A stretch of 64,000 nucleotides of DNA from Candidatus Obscuribacteraceae bacterium (GCA_044226015.1 JBGAHS010000013.1:1-64000), one strand, 5' to 3'; positions 29,580 through 39,236 are shown, numbered from the stretch's first letter. The notes: a model not told the origin generated them from the sequence alone. Made by a program: numbers and translations.

Positions 29580-30149
29580 ATGCCAGGACAAGCAAAAATT
29601 TTGACGCCAGCAGAAATCAAAACTGTTTTTCAAGTTTTGAAAAACGAACGCGATCGAGCGCTATTTGCTCTAGGAATCTACGCAGGTTTGCGAGTAGGTG
29701 AAATCATCACCCTGAAGAAAAATCAGCTCTTCACGAAGGACGGAGGGGTCCGTAATGTCCTTAAAGTTGTCCGACTGAAACGCAAAACCACTGTTTACTC
29801 CGACATACCGATCCATCCAAAGTTGCGCGATCGGCTCGAAGCTTACCGAAAAAGTTCGGAGCAAGTACCTCGCAGCACCTGGCTATTTCCGTCCGACGTT
29901 TCTGAAACGGGCCACCTGGAGCGTGTGCGCGCTCATCATATTTTGCGTGCAGCTTTCGACGCGCTCAATTTGCAAGACGCATCCACTCACTCCATGCGGC
30001 GAACATGTTTAACAAACATGAGTCGCGCCGGCGTTCCCTTGCGCACAATTCAAGAAATTTCAGGGCATGCAAGTCTTGCGCAGTTGCAGGAGTATCTCGC
30101 CGTCGATCCAGCGGATAAGCACAAGGCGATAAATCTTCTGAAATACTGA
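29580..30149 (+). CDS. short tyrosine recombinase (resolvase-like, catalytic domain only)
   Basis: AGLRVGE (R), THSMRRT (HxxR), ISGH, catalytic Tyr in QEYL. Confidence 0.92.
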   Translation: MPGQAKILTPAEIKTVFQVLKNERDRALFALGIYAGLRVGEIITLKKNQLFTKDGGVRNVLKVVRLKRKTTVYSDIPIHPKLRDRLEAYRKSSEQVPRSTWLFPSDVSETGHLERVRAHHILRAAFDALNLQDASTHSMRRTCLTNMSRAGVPLRTIQEISGHASLAQLQEYLAVDPADKHKAINLLKY

Positions 30150-30319
30150 TCGGATAATCCGTCAGAGCATATCGAATCGAATTCTTCGATTGCGTTACTC
30201 GTAGGAATGGTTCGGGTATGCACTTCATAGACCAGCGATAAATGGTTAGATTCTGAAGTAACAGAAAACTTCTGTTTTCTTTTTTATGTGAGTCTGAGTA
30301 ATCGGATGGCTGGAAGTCA

Positions 30320-31474
30320 TCAAATTTGGTCATCTTCAAAAATTTTGAAATCACGAGGTCTGCGTAAATACCAATGTTTTGCGCCTTTTTCAATCTGTCC
30401 CGATATTTGAACTAGCTGTCCCTCAGGATGCGCGCGGCAAGCTAGTAAATAATCCGTTGGAGTCAGGTGAGCGATTACATTTTTCCACCGCTTGGATTTG
30501 TCTCTACCGTAAATTTTTACTTGTCTCGCATGTTCTGGATTGTCGGGATCATCGTCGCTCACTTTGAATTTCAATTCCACTATATGACCAACAACATCCG
30601 TATCTTCAGCCTCTGATTCTTGTTTGCTCAATCGTTCCGATGCGACCTTTAAAAATGGAACAACGCTGGGAGTCAGTTCTATTGTGGTGATGGGACCGCG
30701 ATCCGATAATGGTTCAACCCATTTTTGCGACCATTGGAACGAATATTCCAATGTTGGTGTTTTTAAAACTGAAAACATGTCAAATACTGCATCGCACATA
30801 TTCGCAACCATGCCTGACTTGTAACTTTGAACAATGATATCTGGATCGCCAACTAAAGCAGCTTCTTTCACAGTGTCTAGACCAGTAGCAATTCTCGAAA
30901 GTACCTGCCTCTGAAATGGAATTGGTTTGTGTATTTCAAATCCTTGTAGCGGCGGCGTATCGTAAATATAGGACTCGATAGTGAAGCCGAAACTGCCTGG
31001 AAACGTGTGCCCAAGCTTACATCCTTCAACAAAATCGAATGCTTCGTTTGTTAATTTTCGAATTGCGGGATGAATTATTTTCTCAGCGGATGCAGAATAC
31101 ATCAATAAATCTCGTAGATCCTCCATTATCGAAACCGCATAGTTAAAGGGTAAAAGCGCCTCTTTTCGCTTAATTCTCAGTTTGACCACATCAACAAATG
31201 GATTCTTAATCGACTCAACGACATTTTGAGGTTCTGTATTCAATACTTGTGCCAACAGATCAATTGCTTCCCTCAATCTGCGTGCGTAATCACCCACTGA
31301 TCTTTCTGACGGGATGACTAAGCTTAATGCTTCTGCCTCATCAACTGATTCGCAAAATAGCAATAATTTCTTGTTTTCATAGTTGGTTTGCTTCCAGCCT
31401 GTGCTTTTTAAGTAGTCAGTTATTTCATCAACTGTGATATCGGACAGTACTGCATCGGACGGCTTATTTATCAT
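30320..31474 (-). CDS. hypothetical protein coupled to DUF4365 gene
   Basis: Long ORF overlapping the upstream gene; N-terminal YLKSTGW module, GHTFPGSF motif, C-terminal OB-like beta region. Confidence 0.75.
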   Translation of the reverse strand: MINKPSDAVLSDITVDEITDYLKSTGWKQTNYENKKLLLFCESVDEAEALSLVIPSERSVGDYARRLREAIDLLAQVLNTEPQNVVESIKNPFVDVVKLRIKRKEALLPFNYAVSIMEDLRDLLMYSASAEKIIHPAIRKLTNEAFDFVEGCKLGHTFPGSFGFTIESYIYDTPPLQGFEIHKPIPFQRQVLSRIATGLDTVKEAALVGDPDIIVQSYKSGMVANMCDAVFDMFSVLKTPTLEYSFQWSQKWVEPLSDRGPITTIELTPSVVPFLKVASERLSKQESEAEDTDVVGHIVELKFKVSDDDPDNPEHARQVKIYGRDKSKRWKNVIAHLTPTDYLLACRAHPEGQLVQISGQIEKGAKHWYLRRPRDFKIFEDDQI

Positions 31475-32000
31475 CGATCCACCGTCCTATTTTTATCAGT
31501 TCCATCAGTCTGCTGAGGGAATCGGGCGTGAATAATTGAGACCGTGGAATTTCAATGCGCTGGCTGCTGTCGTCTTTGTTCTTGCTTTTGTTGCCTTTAG
31601 CATAGTACCAATAACAGCAGCGCTTCAATAACAACTCATCTTCAGTTTGCTTGACCCAATTTACCTTGTCTTTTGCTAGGCAGCAAAGGATCAAAATGCA
31701 TGGAGTTGAATCTTCGTTGTTGCGTTTGACTAGCTTGTTGTATGCCGGGACCTTCATATCATATTTCAGCAGTCCATTCTTATCGTCCCAGATACAATTG
31801 ATGCAGCTTTTCGCTTGAAAGTCTAAACCTGGTCCGAATACAACGTAATCTCCTTCGAGTTTCCGAACTTGACGAAAGGTTCCATCTGTGGCGTAATCCT
31901 GTTCAAATCCTTGTATGTTGTAACCGGCATGAGCCGCAATTGCCCTGATATAAGCTTTGCTAAGCCACTCCTGAATGTGTGAAGTCTGCATTTGTGACAT
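31464..32000 (-). CDS. DUF4365 / PD-(D/E)XK nuclease-like protein
   Basis: QEWLSKAYIRAIAAHAG, DYATDG, LDFQAKS, ILILCC, CCYWY. Confidence 0.75.
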   Translation of the reverse strand: MSQMQTSHIQEWLSKAYIRAIAAHAGYNIQGFEQDYATDGTFRQVRKLEGDYVVFGPGLDFQAKSCINCIWDDKNGLLKYDMKVPAYNKLVKRNNEDSTPCILILCCLAKDKVNWVKQTEDELLLKRCCYWYYAKGNKSKNKDDSSQRIEIPRSQLFTPDSLSRLMELIKIGRWIDDK

Positions 32001-32443
32001 TGATGATCGCCAACCAACAACGTTGCCAGGATAAATATTATGCCCGAATTTACCTTCATATTAGACCCATAAAGTTAGCTTTAGTTGATGACTTTATCAG
32101 TTCGCCAGAAAACCATTGCCAAAAGCCCTTCTTCGGCATTGCTTAAGAGCTTCTGCTTCTGACCGCTGGCTGTCGATCTGGTGCTCCACGTTCCCTGCTG
32201 TGTAAAGCGGATCAAGTAATTCTGAATCGACTCCAGTGGCTGATAGTATCGAGAGCGGTGCGAAATGGAACAGTTTTGGCTACCCCAAAATTGTTTATTG
32301 AGAAAACCGGTAATGACTTCTTGAAAAATTGTTTTTTTTGAATGCTTCTGTTGGGTGGCGTTTTAGCCATTCGTACGCTTGCTATGAAACATAATGTATT
32401 ATTATCAGTCTTTGCGATTTTCAGAGAATAGTCGGTTACCCAT

Positions 32444-33241
32444 ATGGTTTTTCCAGGGGCATTTTCAGTGGACAATCCTTTCGATTCAAACGACGCGGTT
32501 AGCAATTGCACAGCGTTCCGACGTGCCGATGGAATACTTGTTCACCTTGATGGTGCAAAGGTTGAAAATCCGCAAATCAAGTTGGTTCATGAGTTCATTG
32601 TTAGGCTCGTGCTGAAAAACGACTATCCATGCACCATAGCTCGTGGTTTGGTTTCTTCCGACAAGTATATTTTTGGAGTCTATCACGATCTTTCGGCTGG
32701 GTCTTCGTTGGAAGCCCTGTGTCGCGACTTGTGGTCTTTTATTCAAGAATTTCAAGCAAATCGTGCAAGGAGTTTCTTTGCATCCTTTTTAGCGCCTGAG
32801 ATAAGCACTGAGGAAGAGTTTGAGGCAATCCTTTGGGGGGCGTTGCAGAAAGTCCATGATTGTGATTGCAAGATTCACACTTCCTGGCCTTCTCGTGTGT
32901 CTTCGGATCCAGAGAACCCTGCATTCGCATTTTGTGTAGCAGGATTTCCGTTCTTAGTGTTGGCTGGTTTCAAGGGGAGTTCCAGGCGCGGTAGAGCCTT
33001 TGAGTACCCTACGCTGACATTCAATCCGCTGGAGATCTTTGAGGGTATGCAAAACAAATCCGCCGGAGATACAACTGCTCTTGCTACCGCTGCGAGGCTA
33101 ATTAGAGCAAGAGATGCTGATCTCCACGGCGGGGCCGCAAACCCTAACCAAATCGAATTTGGAGCCGCCAGTCAGGCCAAAAAGTTCAGTGGACGTACCG
33201 TTGAGGATGGCTGGAAATGCCCCTTTAAGCCGAACATATGA
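32444..33241 (+). CDS. YqcI/YcgG family heme-dependent oxidase (GntA/DcsA-like)
   Basis: YPCTIAR, FEAILWGALQ, VSSDPENPAFAF, SSRRGR, TFNP, IRARD, C-terminal WKCPF. Confidence 0.8.
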   Translation: MVFPGAFSVDNPFDSNDAVSNCTAFRRADGILVHLDGAKVENPQIKLVHEFIVRLVLKNDYPCTIARGLVSSDKYIFGVYHDLSAGSSLEALCRDLWSFIQEFQANRARSFFASFLAPEISTEEEFEAILWGALQKVHDCDCKIHTSWPSRVSSDPENPAFAFCVAGFPFLVLAGFKGSSRRGRAFEYPTLTFNPLEIFEGMQNKSAGDTTALATAARLIRARDADLHGGAANPNQIEFGAASQAKKFSGRTVEDGWKCPFKPNI

Positions 33242-33584
33242 GGCCGAGGTCAAACTCCTCGGGTTTTTCCTTCGACGAAACACCCTCAAGTTTTTGATTT
33301 ATGTCTCCGCTCAAGACTATGGAGATAGTACCGAGCTTCGTTTCGGAAAACCAGATATCAACTTTGCCTAACTTCTTCGGTCCATACATGATTACCCCGT
33401 GGCACTTCACGCTCTTTTCGCCAGTGCGCTCAAGGGCCTTAAAGTCTATGGAGTAGATCAGTGCAGGCTTGTACTCTAGACTTCCGCCTTCAAAGTAGCA
33501 TGACCAATCAGAACCCATGGATTGTTCAAGTTCTTTCAGAACAATTTCTCGATTTCTTATGCTCACTTTTGTCTGTGTGGTCAT
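33225..33584 (-). CDS. hypothetical protein
   Basis: 119-aa ORF with AAGG RBS. Confidence 0.55.
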   Translation of the reverse strand: MTTQTKVSIRNREIVLKELEQSMGSDWSCYFEGGSLEYKPALIYSIDFKALERTGEKSVKCHGVIMYGPKKLGKVDIWFSETKLGTISIVLSGDINQKLEGVSSKEKPEEFDLGLICSA

Positions 33585-33747
33585 ACAGCACCTTAATCAT
33601 TTATTTTCACTATACAGCCTGATCCGGCTATTTACAAGGTTTTTGCTCCGTAGAACTCCCACAATAGACTCTATTTATGGTCAGATAGTTCCATGAGATT
33701 GGCTTTGGGAGCCCATGAATTGGACTGCGGCTGCAATGGACGGACCT

Positions 33748-34797
33748 CTACCGCCTCCTGTAACGGTTATCGGATTCTCCCCAATCATCATCGTCATCGT
33801 TGTAACCACGTCGATCGTCACGGGCGCCGCTCCAATCCTCGTCTTCGATAATTGATAAGAACGAGAGATACCCATTTTCCCCTATTCGCTTAGCCCACTC
33901 CTGAACCTTGAATGCATTTGCTTTCCTGCTGTTTGGGAACCAGATGCTGGCATTCATGTTCCTCATGGTGCTGACTTGTGAGGAAGGATCTTTGGCCAGG
34001 CGTGCCACTAATGAACCATTCGGCATGGATGCGCCGCCGGGTATCGGCAACTCAGTGTCAGAAAAGTATCGGGATCGGATTGCGCCTTGTGGTGCTTCAC
34101 CGCCGGTTCCAAAGTAAAACATAAGCGCCGGAAAATTGGCTTCTACGGTGACTCTGCGTAGTGCTACCGTGAGGGAAACGTCGTATTCATCGGCTAGATA
34201 ACCAGCTTCCTCGATAACATTATCCCACTGAAAGGTCTTGAGACTCTGTTCTAGAAGAGGTTGTGGCATCAACAACTCGGCGGCAAATTCGTTGGCCTGA
34301 GACTCTCGCATACGTTTGTATCGCGTAGCATGCGGGTTTTGCACCTTCTCCACCATTCCGGGGCTTTCTGAAAACTCCAGTAGTTTCTGCAGCCCATAAT
34401 CTTTGTGGCTATTCAGGCACGCATGGCCGATCTCGTGGCCCAGACTGAATCTTTGCCTGCGACGAAGAGTGGAGTCGTTGGAAAATCCGCTTTGGTTGTC
34501 TGCGTATTTCACATTGACCACAATCTGAACAGAGTCACCATCCATGAGGGTTGTGGCAGCTCTTTTTTCTCCCTCAATGGTCATGAAAAACAGCGGCCAA
34601 TCATTGAATCTGCAGAGCTCTATCAAATCGATGGGAATTGTTGCACCATTGGCTTCCTGCAGCAGCTTCAGAGCTGCCAGTCTTGGCACCTCTGAAACGT
34701 TTGCGAAATCAGGGTTAAGGGGTTTCATCCTTCTGAGGTCCGCTCCTTGGCGCCGGGCCCATTCGATCCACGAATCGGTCAAGCGATAGGATGTCAT
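33748..34797 (-). CDS. ImmA/IrrE family metallo-endopeptidase (CapP-like)
   Basis: RRQRFSLGHEIGH, ESQANEFAAELLMP, YDVSLT; start taken at ATG 34797. Confidence 0.88.
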   Translation of the reverse strand: MTSYRLTDSWIEWARRQGADLRRMKPLNPDFANVSEVPRLAALKLLQEANGATIPIDLIELCRFNDWPLFFMTIEGEKRAATTLMDGDSVQIVVNVKYADNQSGFSNDSTLRRRQRFSLGHEIGHACLNSHKDYGLQKLLEFSESPGMVEKVQNPHATRYKRMRESQANEFAAELLMPQPLLEQSLKTFQWDNVIEEAGYLADEYDVSLTVALRRVTVEANFPALMFYFGTGGEAPQGAIRSRYFSDTELPIPGGASMPNGSLVARLAKDPSSQVSTMRNMNASIWFPNSRKANAFKVQEWAKRIGENGYLSFLSIIEDEDWSGARDDRRGYNDDDDDWGESDNRYRRR

Positions 34798-35086
34798 CCT
34801 TGGACATTCCTCGCAACTTTTGTGCCACCGCTGCAATCAGCAACTCAATATCGTTCTCCGCAACCTGGCCAGCGACTAGCTCCGAAAATGGCAGTGAAAA
34901 TGCATTGGCAATGCTTTCCAGTGCCGTGGCAGACGGCATCCGCTCCGCCTTTTCGAACTGTGAAATGGCTGATTGCGACAGCCCCACCTTGATTGCAAAC
35001 TCTTGTTGGCTAAGTCCATAGGTCTTTCGAAGAAGCTTCAACCGGTCCGCGATTACTTGTTTGTTCTGAACCGCCACTTTTATCAC
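34715..35086 (-). CDS. XRE-family HTH transcriptional regulator (ImmR/CapH-like)
   Basis: RLKLLRKTYGLSQQEFAIKVGLSQSAISQFEKAERMP; start uncertain (GTG 35086 or 35077). Confidence 0.88.
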   Translation of the reverse strand: MIKVAVQNKQVIADRLKLLRKTYGLSQQEFAIKVGLSQSAISQFEKAERMPSATALESIANAFSLPFSELVAGQVAENDIELLIAAVAQKLRGMSKDDILSLDRFVDRMGPAPRSGPQKDETP

Positions 35087-35406
35087 CCACTTTGCCAGCG
35101 CTTGAGATCCCCTACTGCTAATAAGATACCACTCTGGAAGATAAGATTGCGAAAATTTAAGAATTCTCATCTTGTAGGCTGGTGTAGACTTTTGCTGGAT
35201 CAGATCTGTTTCATTTAGTAGCTATTGTGATAATTATGATCGAAATAACTACTTGCATGGTATTATAATTAATGTAAGGGTAAGAAAGGTTCTTTAATGG
35301 TCGTGTTGATGTGTGGTAAGAGATTCAGAAGTGGTGGGACCAAGGTCCGCTGCCTTTGCACTACCTCACGCCTTTCGCAAGGTCTGAAAGGAGGTGGTGA
35401 GCGCTA

Positions 35407-35526
35407 ATGGCAAGGCAAAGAGCACGAGGCGGGATCGAGATACCCGCGGGCTGGTATCTGGCAGGTTGGTATACCTGCCGGAAAACCGGCAAAAAAAGAC
35501 CCATCCTTAAAAGGATTGGGTCCTAG
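35407..35526 (+). CDS. 39-aa basic microprotein; not in ORF track
   Basis: AAAGGAGGT RBS then MARQRARGGIEIPAGWYLAGWYTCRKTGKKRPILKRIGS*. Confidence 0.55.
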   Translation: MARQRARGGIEIPAGWYLAGWYTCRKTGKKRPILKRIGS

Positions 35527-35667
35527 GAAAGTGCCGGATTCAGAAGATCTTGCAGGATAGCTGAAGCCCGGAACGGGAGCTTGTGTCTCGCGTGTTTATG
35601 CGCGGGGCACCGCTTCTCACAAATATACCAAAATCGTTCCACAAATTCCATCTAAGAGGTAAGTCCA

Positions 35668-35871
35668 ATGGCAAAGAAGCCAAGCAATCACGGAAAAGCC
35701 TGGACATCCCAGCAAGTTCAGAAGCTCGAAAAGCTCGCGGAGGGCAACACACCTACCCGAGTAATTGGGTTGAGGCTTCAGCGTACTGAAGACTCAATCC
35801 GTTCTAAGGCTACTGAGGAAGGTATCTCCCTCAAGCCAACAAATCAAAGCCCGTACAACCGTTCTAAATGA
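35668..35871 (+). CDS. small basic HTH/SANT-like conserved hypothetical protein
   Basis: GAGG RBS; GKAWT...NTPTRVIGLRLQRTEDSIRSKA...SLKPTNQSPYN. Confidence 0.8.
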   Translation: MAKKPSNHGKAWTSQQVQKLEKLAEGNTPTRVIGLRLQRTEDSIRSKATEEGISLKPTNQSPYNRSK

Positions 35872-35882
35872 GGAGCAAACAA

Positions 35883-36173
35883 ATGACACGCATACCAATT
35901 GCACATATTAAAGAACAAGGCCAGAACGTCATCATAGCCATGCTTGATAGATCGTTTGGCTACAAGAGCCGTGACGAGCAATACAACATCACCGCGTACT
36001 TGCAAGCGTCGGCGCGATCTGCGGGGTTGGCTGGAACCGTAGTCCCTGTATGGGATGGGGGATCTGGTCGTATGGCGTTTATCGCTCCGCGACCATGGCA
36101 GCCCTTCTTCATGGGATTATCTCTGCCTTCGGTTGCAAGAATGATTAATCGTGAGCTGGTGTGCGCATCATGA
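35883..36173 (+). CDS. conserved hypothetical protein
   Basis: AGGAG RBS; IKEQGQNVII...AGLAGTVVPVWD.G.GRMAFIAP. Confidence 0.75.
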   Translation: MTRIPIAHIKEQGQNVIIAMLDRSFGYKSRDEQYNITAYLQASARSAGLAGTVVPVWDGGSGRMAFIAPRPWQPFFMGLSLPSVARMINRELVCAS

Positions 36174-36847
36174 TGTATTCTCTTAGTCACCAGGACTGTT
36201 TTTACATGGCTCCCAATATTGACCGCTACACACATGCATACTACGAGCCGGCCGAGTTAAACGGCTGGCTATGTGAGTACTATGCTTATGAGAACTCTTA
36301 CCGCTGGAGAAAGCAATCGTACTCACCCGAGCTGTTGAATTTCAAAGAAGGCGAAGATAAAGACATTCAGTACTTCGTTAAGGCTTACACTAAGCTTCTC
36401 GACTATGTTATAGAATGCCATTCTGCTACGCATCTTTGTCTGATACCTGTTCCGGCATCGGCAATGAAGAACAGTCCCAAATACACAACCGAACCAATGT
36501 CCAAAACCGGTTCCAACAGATCGAATCGCAATGAGATTTTTTGCGGCTACTTGGCTAAAGACCACCCCAAGCTCATCCTGATAAATAACTTGGAGCGAGT
36601 GAAGCCTAAAGAACCGAAGGCTCGTTGGAGCGCAGAGCAACATGCTGATACCATGCGCTGCACATCAGGTATCAGTAATTTGACCGCAAGTGATTTGCTT
36701 GTTCTCGTGGATGATGTCACCACCACGGGAGGCACGATGGACGGGGCAAAACTTCTATTGCAAGCCGACTTTCCGAAGGCGAAGATAGTGACACTGCCAA
36801 TCGGAAGAACCCGTAGTCTCGCCGACTTTCGTCCCTTGTTTTCATAA
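36170..36847 (+). CDS. type I phosphoribosyltransferase (ComF/ShosT-like PRTase domain)
   Basis: LIPVPAS and PRPP-binding LVLVDDVTTTGGT; ATGA overlap with the upstream gene. Confidence 0.85.
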   Translation: MMYSLSHQDCFYMAPNIDRYTHAYYEPAELNGWLCEYYAYENSYRWRKQSYSPELLNFKEGEDKDIQYFVKAYTKLLDYVIECHSATHLCLIPVPASAMKNSPKYTTEPMSKTGSNRSNRNEIFCGYLAKDHPKLILINNLERVKPKEPKARWSAEQHADTMRCTSGISNLTASDLLVLVDDVTTTGGTMDGAKLLLQADFPKAKIVTLPIGRTRSLADFRPLFS

Positions 36848-36848
36848 T

Positions 36849-37355
36849 TTATTCGAGCAGATGTGCCCGCAGTTCTGCCACTGTGTGGCAGATGAAGTCG
36901 GCGCCGGCCGCGGCTAATGCGTCTTTGTCGGCGGCACCCCAGGTGCAAGCAACATTGAAGATCTTTGCACCGCGCGCACTTTCAATGTCCTTTATGTCGT
37001 CTCCTAACGCCTTTACTTTCGAGGAGTGGAGTCCCAGTAATTCCAGGGCTTTGTGCATTGGCTCCGGGTGTGGCTTCCTATTTGTTGTGTCGTGATAGCA
37101 GACCATATAGTCTATCGGAAACTTGAAGTGTTCCAGCACTCTGCTGCAGTAGGGCTTCGGGCTGCTGGTAACCACTGCAAGTCTAATGTCTCTGCCCTTG
37201 AGATCAGCAAGAAGATCGAGTATCCCTGGGTAGGCTGTTATGTCACCAATTCGCTTGTAAACATCGGACCAGGCTCGTTGCTTCCGCAATGCATCAAGGA
37301 CGGCAGAATCAACCAGTGTTTGATCCAAGTCGAGGATAACGCCTTTGTAGGTCAT
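36849..37355 (-). CDS. HAD-family phosphatase
   Basis: DLDQTLVDS, VVTSS, KPHP, GDDIKDI; start ATG 37355 overlaps the dprA stop. Confidence 0.9.
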   Translation of the reverse strand: MTYKGVILDLDQTLVDSAVLDALRKQRAWSDVYKRIGDITAYPGILDLLADLKGRDIRLAVVTSSPKPYCSRVLEHFKFPIDYMVCYHDTTNRKPHPEPMHKALELLGLHSSKVKALGDDIKDIESARGAKIFNVACTWGAADKDALAAAGADFICHTVAELRAHLLE

Positions 37356-38329
37356 AGCAGAGTCAGTTGCTTGTCCGCGGAAGGTCCTGTATCCATCCAG
37401 TGATCGCAATGTTCATTTTCTAGCGACTGTGATTGCAAACTTTGCAGAAACTGATTAACGTCCTCTTTATTGCCTAGTGGAGTGGCTTTTCCTTCTCGAA
37501 TGAGCATTTGATTGCCTTGTGCCTTGTCGTGCTGGCTCCATTTTTCGGTATGTTTCACTGCTGCCAACTTCCGTTTCTGCTCGAGACAAAATCTCGCCGT
37601 GTGCAGCGTACCGCCCGATGTCCCGGTCTCAATAACGATCACCCCGTCGCTCAGACCGCTTTGAAGGCGATCTCGTTCCACGAAAAAATTCCTTGCCGGC
37701 TTGGTTCCTGTTGCATATTCACTAATTACGCAGCCACCACTTTCCACGATTTCGTCGGCAAGCCGCTTGTTCTCACGAGGGTGGACTGAATCAAGACCAT
37801 GGGCCAACACTGCAATTGTCTTGCCGCCTGCGTCCAGGCAACCCTTATGGCCGGTCGTATCACAACCTCGTGCAAGTCCACTTACGATTGTCGCCCCACT
37901 ACAGGCTAAAAAAGCCGAGATGCGTCGTCCTGACTCCATACCAAAGTCGGATGGCTCGCGCGTGCCGATTACAGCAATCATAATTTCGGACTTCAGTGCG
38001 GACGGGTCGCCTTTTACATACAGCACGGCGGGTGGATCTGCAATTCTCCTCAATCTATCAGGGTACTCGGGACTGCGCGCGCCGATAACCTTAATCCCAT
38101 CTTTTATATTCGCCTGGTAATCGTGAGTGGCACTATCCCATGCCTCTTGCACTTCAACCAACGTGGGAATGGGGATTCGCTTGCTTGTCTTTGCCTTCTC
38201 CACTAACCAGTCAAGGATTTCTGCCGGATCCGCACCCGTGAAGGTACTTTCTGACGCCGCCATCCATGCGGTCCGGCGACCAATACCTTTGAGGTTCATA
38301 AGACAAATCAGTCCGATAGTTTCCATCAA
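37352..38329 (-). CDS. dprA: DprA/Smf (SLOG) family protein (ShosA-like)
   Basis: YPDRL..I.DPP, AVIGTR, VSGLARGCD, FVERDRLQSGLS, SGGTLHT, GNQMLI. Confidence 0.9.
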   Translation of the reverse strand: MMETIGLICLMNLKGIGRRTAWMAASESTFTGADPAEILDWLVEKAKTSKRIPIPTLVEVQEAWDSATHDYQANIKDGIKVIGARSPEYPDRLRRIADPPAVLYVKGDPSALKSEIMIAVIGTREPSDFGMESGRRISAFLACSGATIVSGLARGCDTTGHKGCLDAGGKTIAVLAHGLDSVHPRENKRLADEIVESGGCVISEYATGTKPARNFFVERDRLQSGLSDGVIVIETGTSGGTLHTARFCLEQKRKLAAVKHTEKWSQHDKAQGNQMLIREGKATPLGNKEDVNQFLQSLQSQSLENEHCDHWMDTGPSADKQLTLL

Positions 38330-38423
38330 AGAATTGCCTCATGCCTCGACCATATGCAAAGAATACACTAGTGGATCCGTCATCGCTAGTCCATTTGCTC
38401 TAATCATTGCGCTCCCACTGGGC

Positions 38424-38771
38424 TTATTGGGCTGCCGGTGCAGGCATGAACCATTTCTTCCACCAGGGGGGTACCAGTTCTTTGACTTTGGCTTGGAGTC
38501 TTTGCAGGTCGTTGGCTAAGGCGATCGATTCCTTGGCCTTGTCCTCCAGAATTCATTCTTTTCTTCTTCTGGCGGCTATTTGCTTGTGTAAGGCTTCAAT
38601 TTCGAGTGCCCGCAGTTCCGCTGCACTGTGCTCGGTTTGTGCTTGTTTCTGGAGACGGGGATAAGTTTGAGTTGACGATCCTTTTCGTCGATGATGCGAT
38701 TTTGTTTCGATGTTTTCGCCATCGGCAACCTCTTCGGATTCAATGGCGCTGCCAATGATTTCGGTGTCCAC
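38424..38771 (-). pseudogene. remnant of a coiled-coil protein with WWKKWF tail (paralog type of 40288..40923)
   Basis: Reading through TGA at 38553-38555 gives ILEDKAKESIALANDLQRLQAKVKELVPPWWKKWFMPAPAAQ*. Confidence 0.6.
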
Positions 38772-39236
38772 CGGCTATTCGCTTAACGTCTTAGTCCTTC
38801 CAGGATTTCTTTATTTATAAACACACGCCATTGTCCCGAATTCGTTCTTAGGCACAGGCCCCCTAGAGAGGTAAATTTAGACGGGGAAAACAAAAAACAT
38901 CGCTTGCTGGCGATTCAACTGTGCATTCTATCAACCGAATCTCAGGTTTTGCCTTGATTAAAGTTGTAATCCGACATGCGTTTACAGCTACATTGAGCTG
39001 GCTTATCCAATTATGGCACGAGGGGACCAACACCTAACAATTGTTCTCGTATTCGGCTCAATGTGGTAACATAATTCTTGTGTACTACCTCACCGTATTC
39101 GAATGTCTTACGAGTTATCACTTGACCAGCGACAAGCGATCGATAAAATCAAAACGCTGATCAGTAAGGGTCAGAAGCTGCTTGCTCTGGGCGCGCGAGT
39201 TTAACTATTGATTCGGACCTCTTCATACGATAAAGA

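Noticed and set aside
32444..33241. Guanitoxin biosynthetic cluster
   Set aside because: Only a single GntA-like gene; no other pathway enzymes nearby
37352..38329. Natural competence locus (dprA/comF)
   Set aside because: No pilin or comEC genes; DprA appears to lack the C-terminal wHTH and is coupled to a HAD gene, which fits ShosTA-like systems better
38553..38555. In-frame TGA stops (also 48290, ~54038) as evidence of stop-codon recoding
   Set aside because: Many intact genes end in TGA, and the transposase and ADH remnants carry other lesions, so these are read as nonsense mutations
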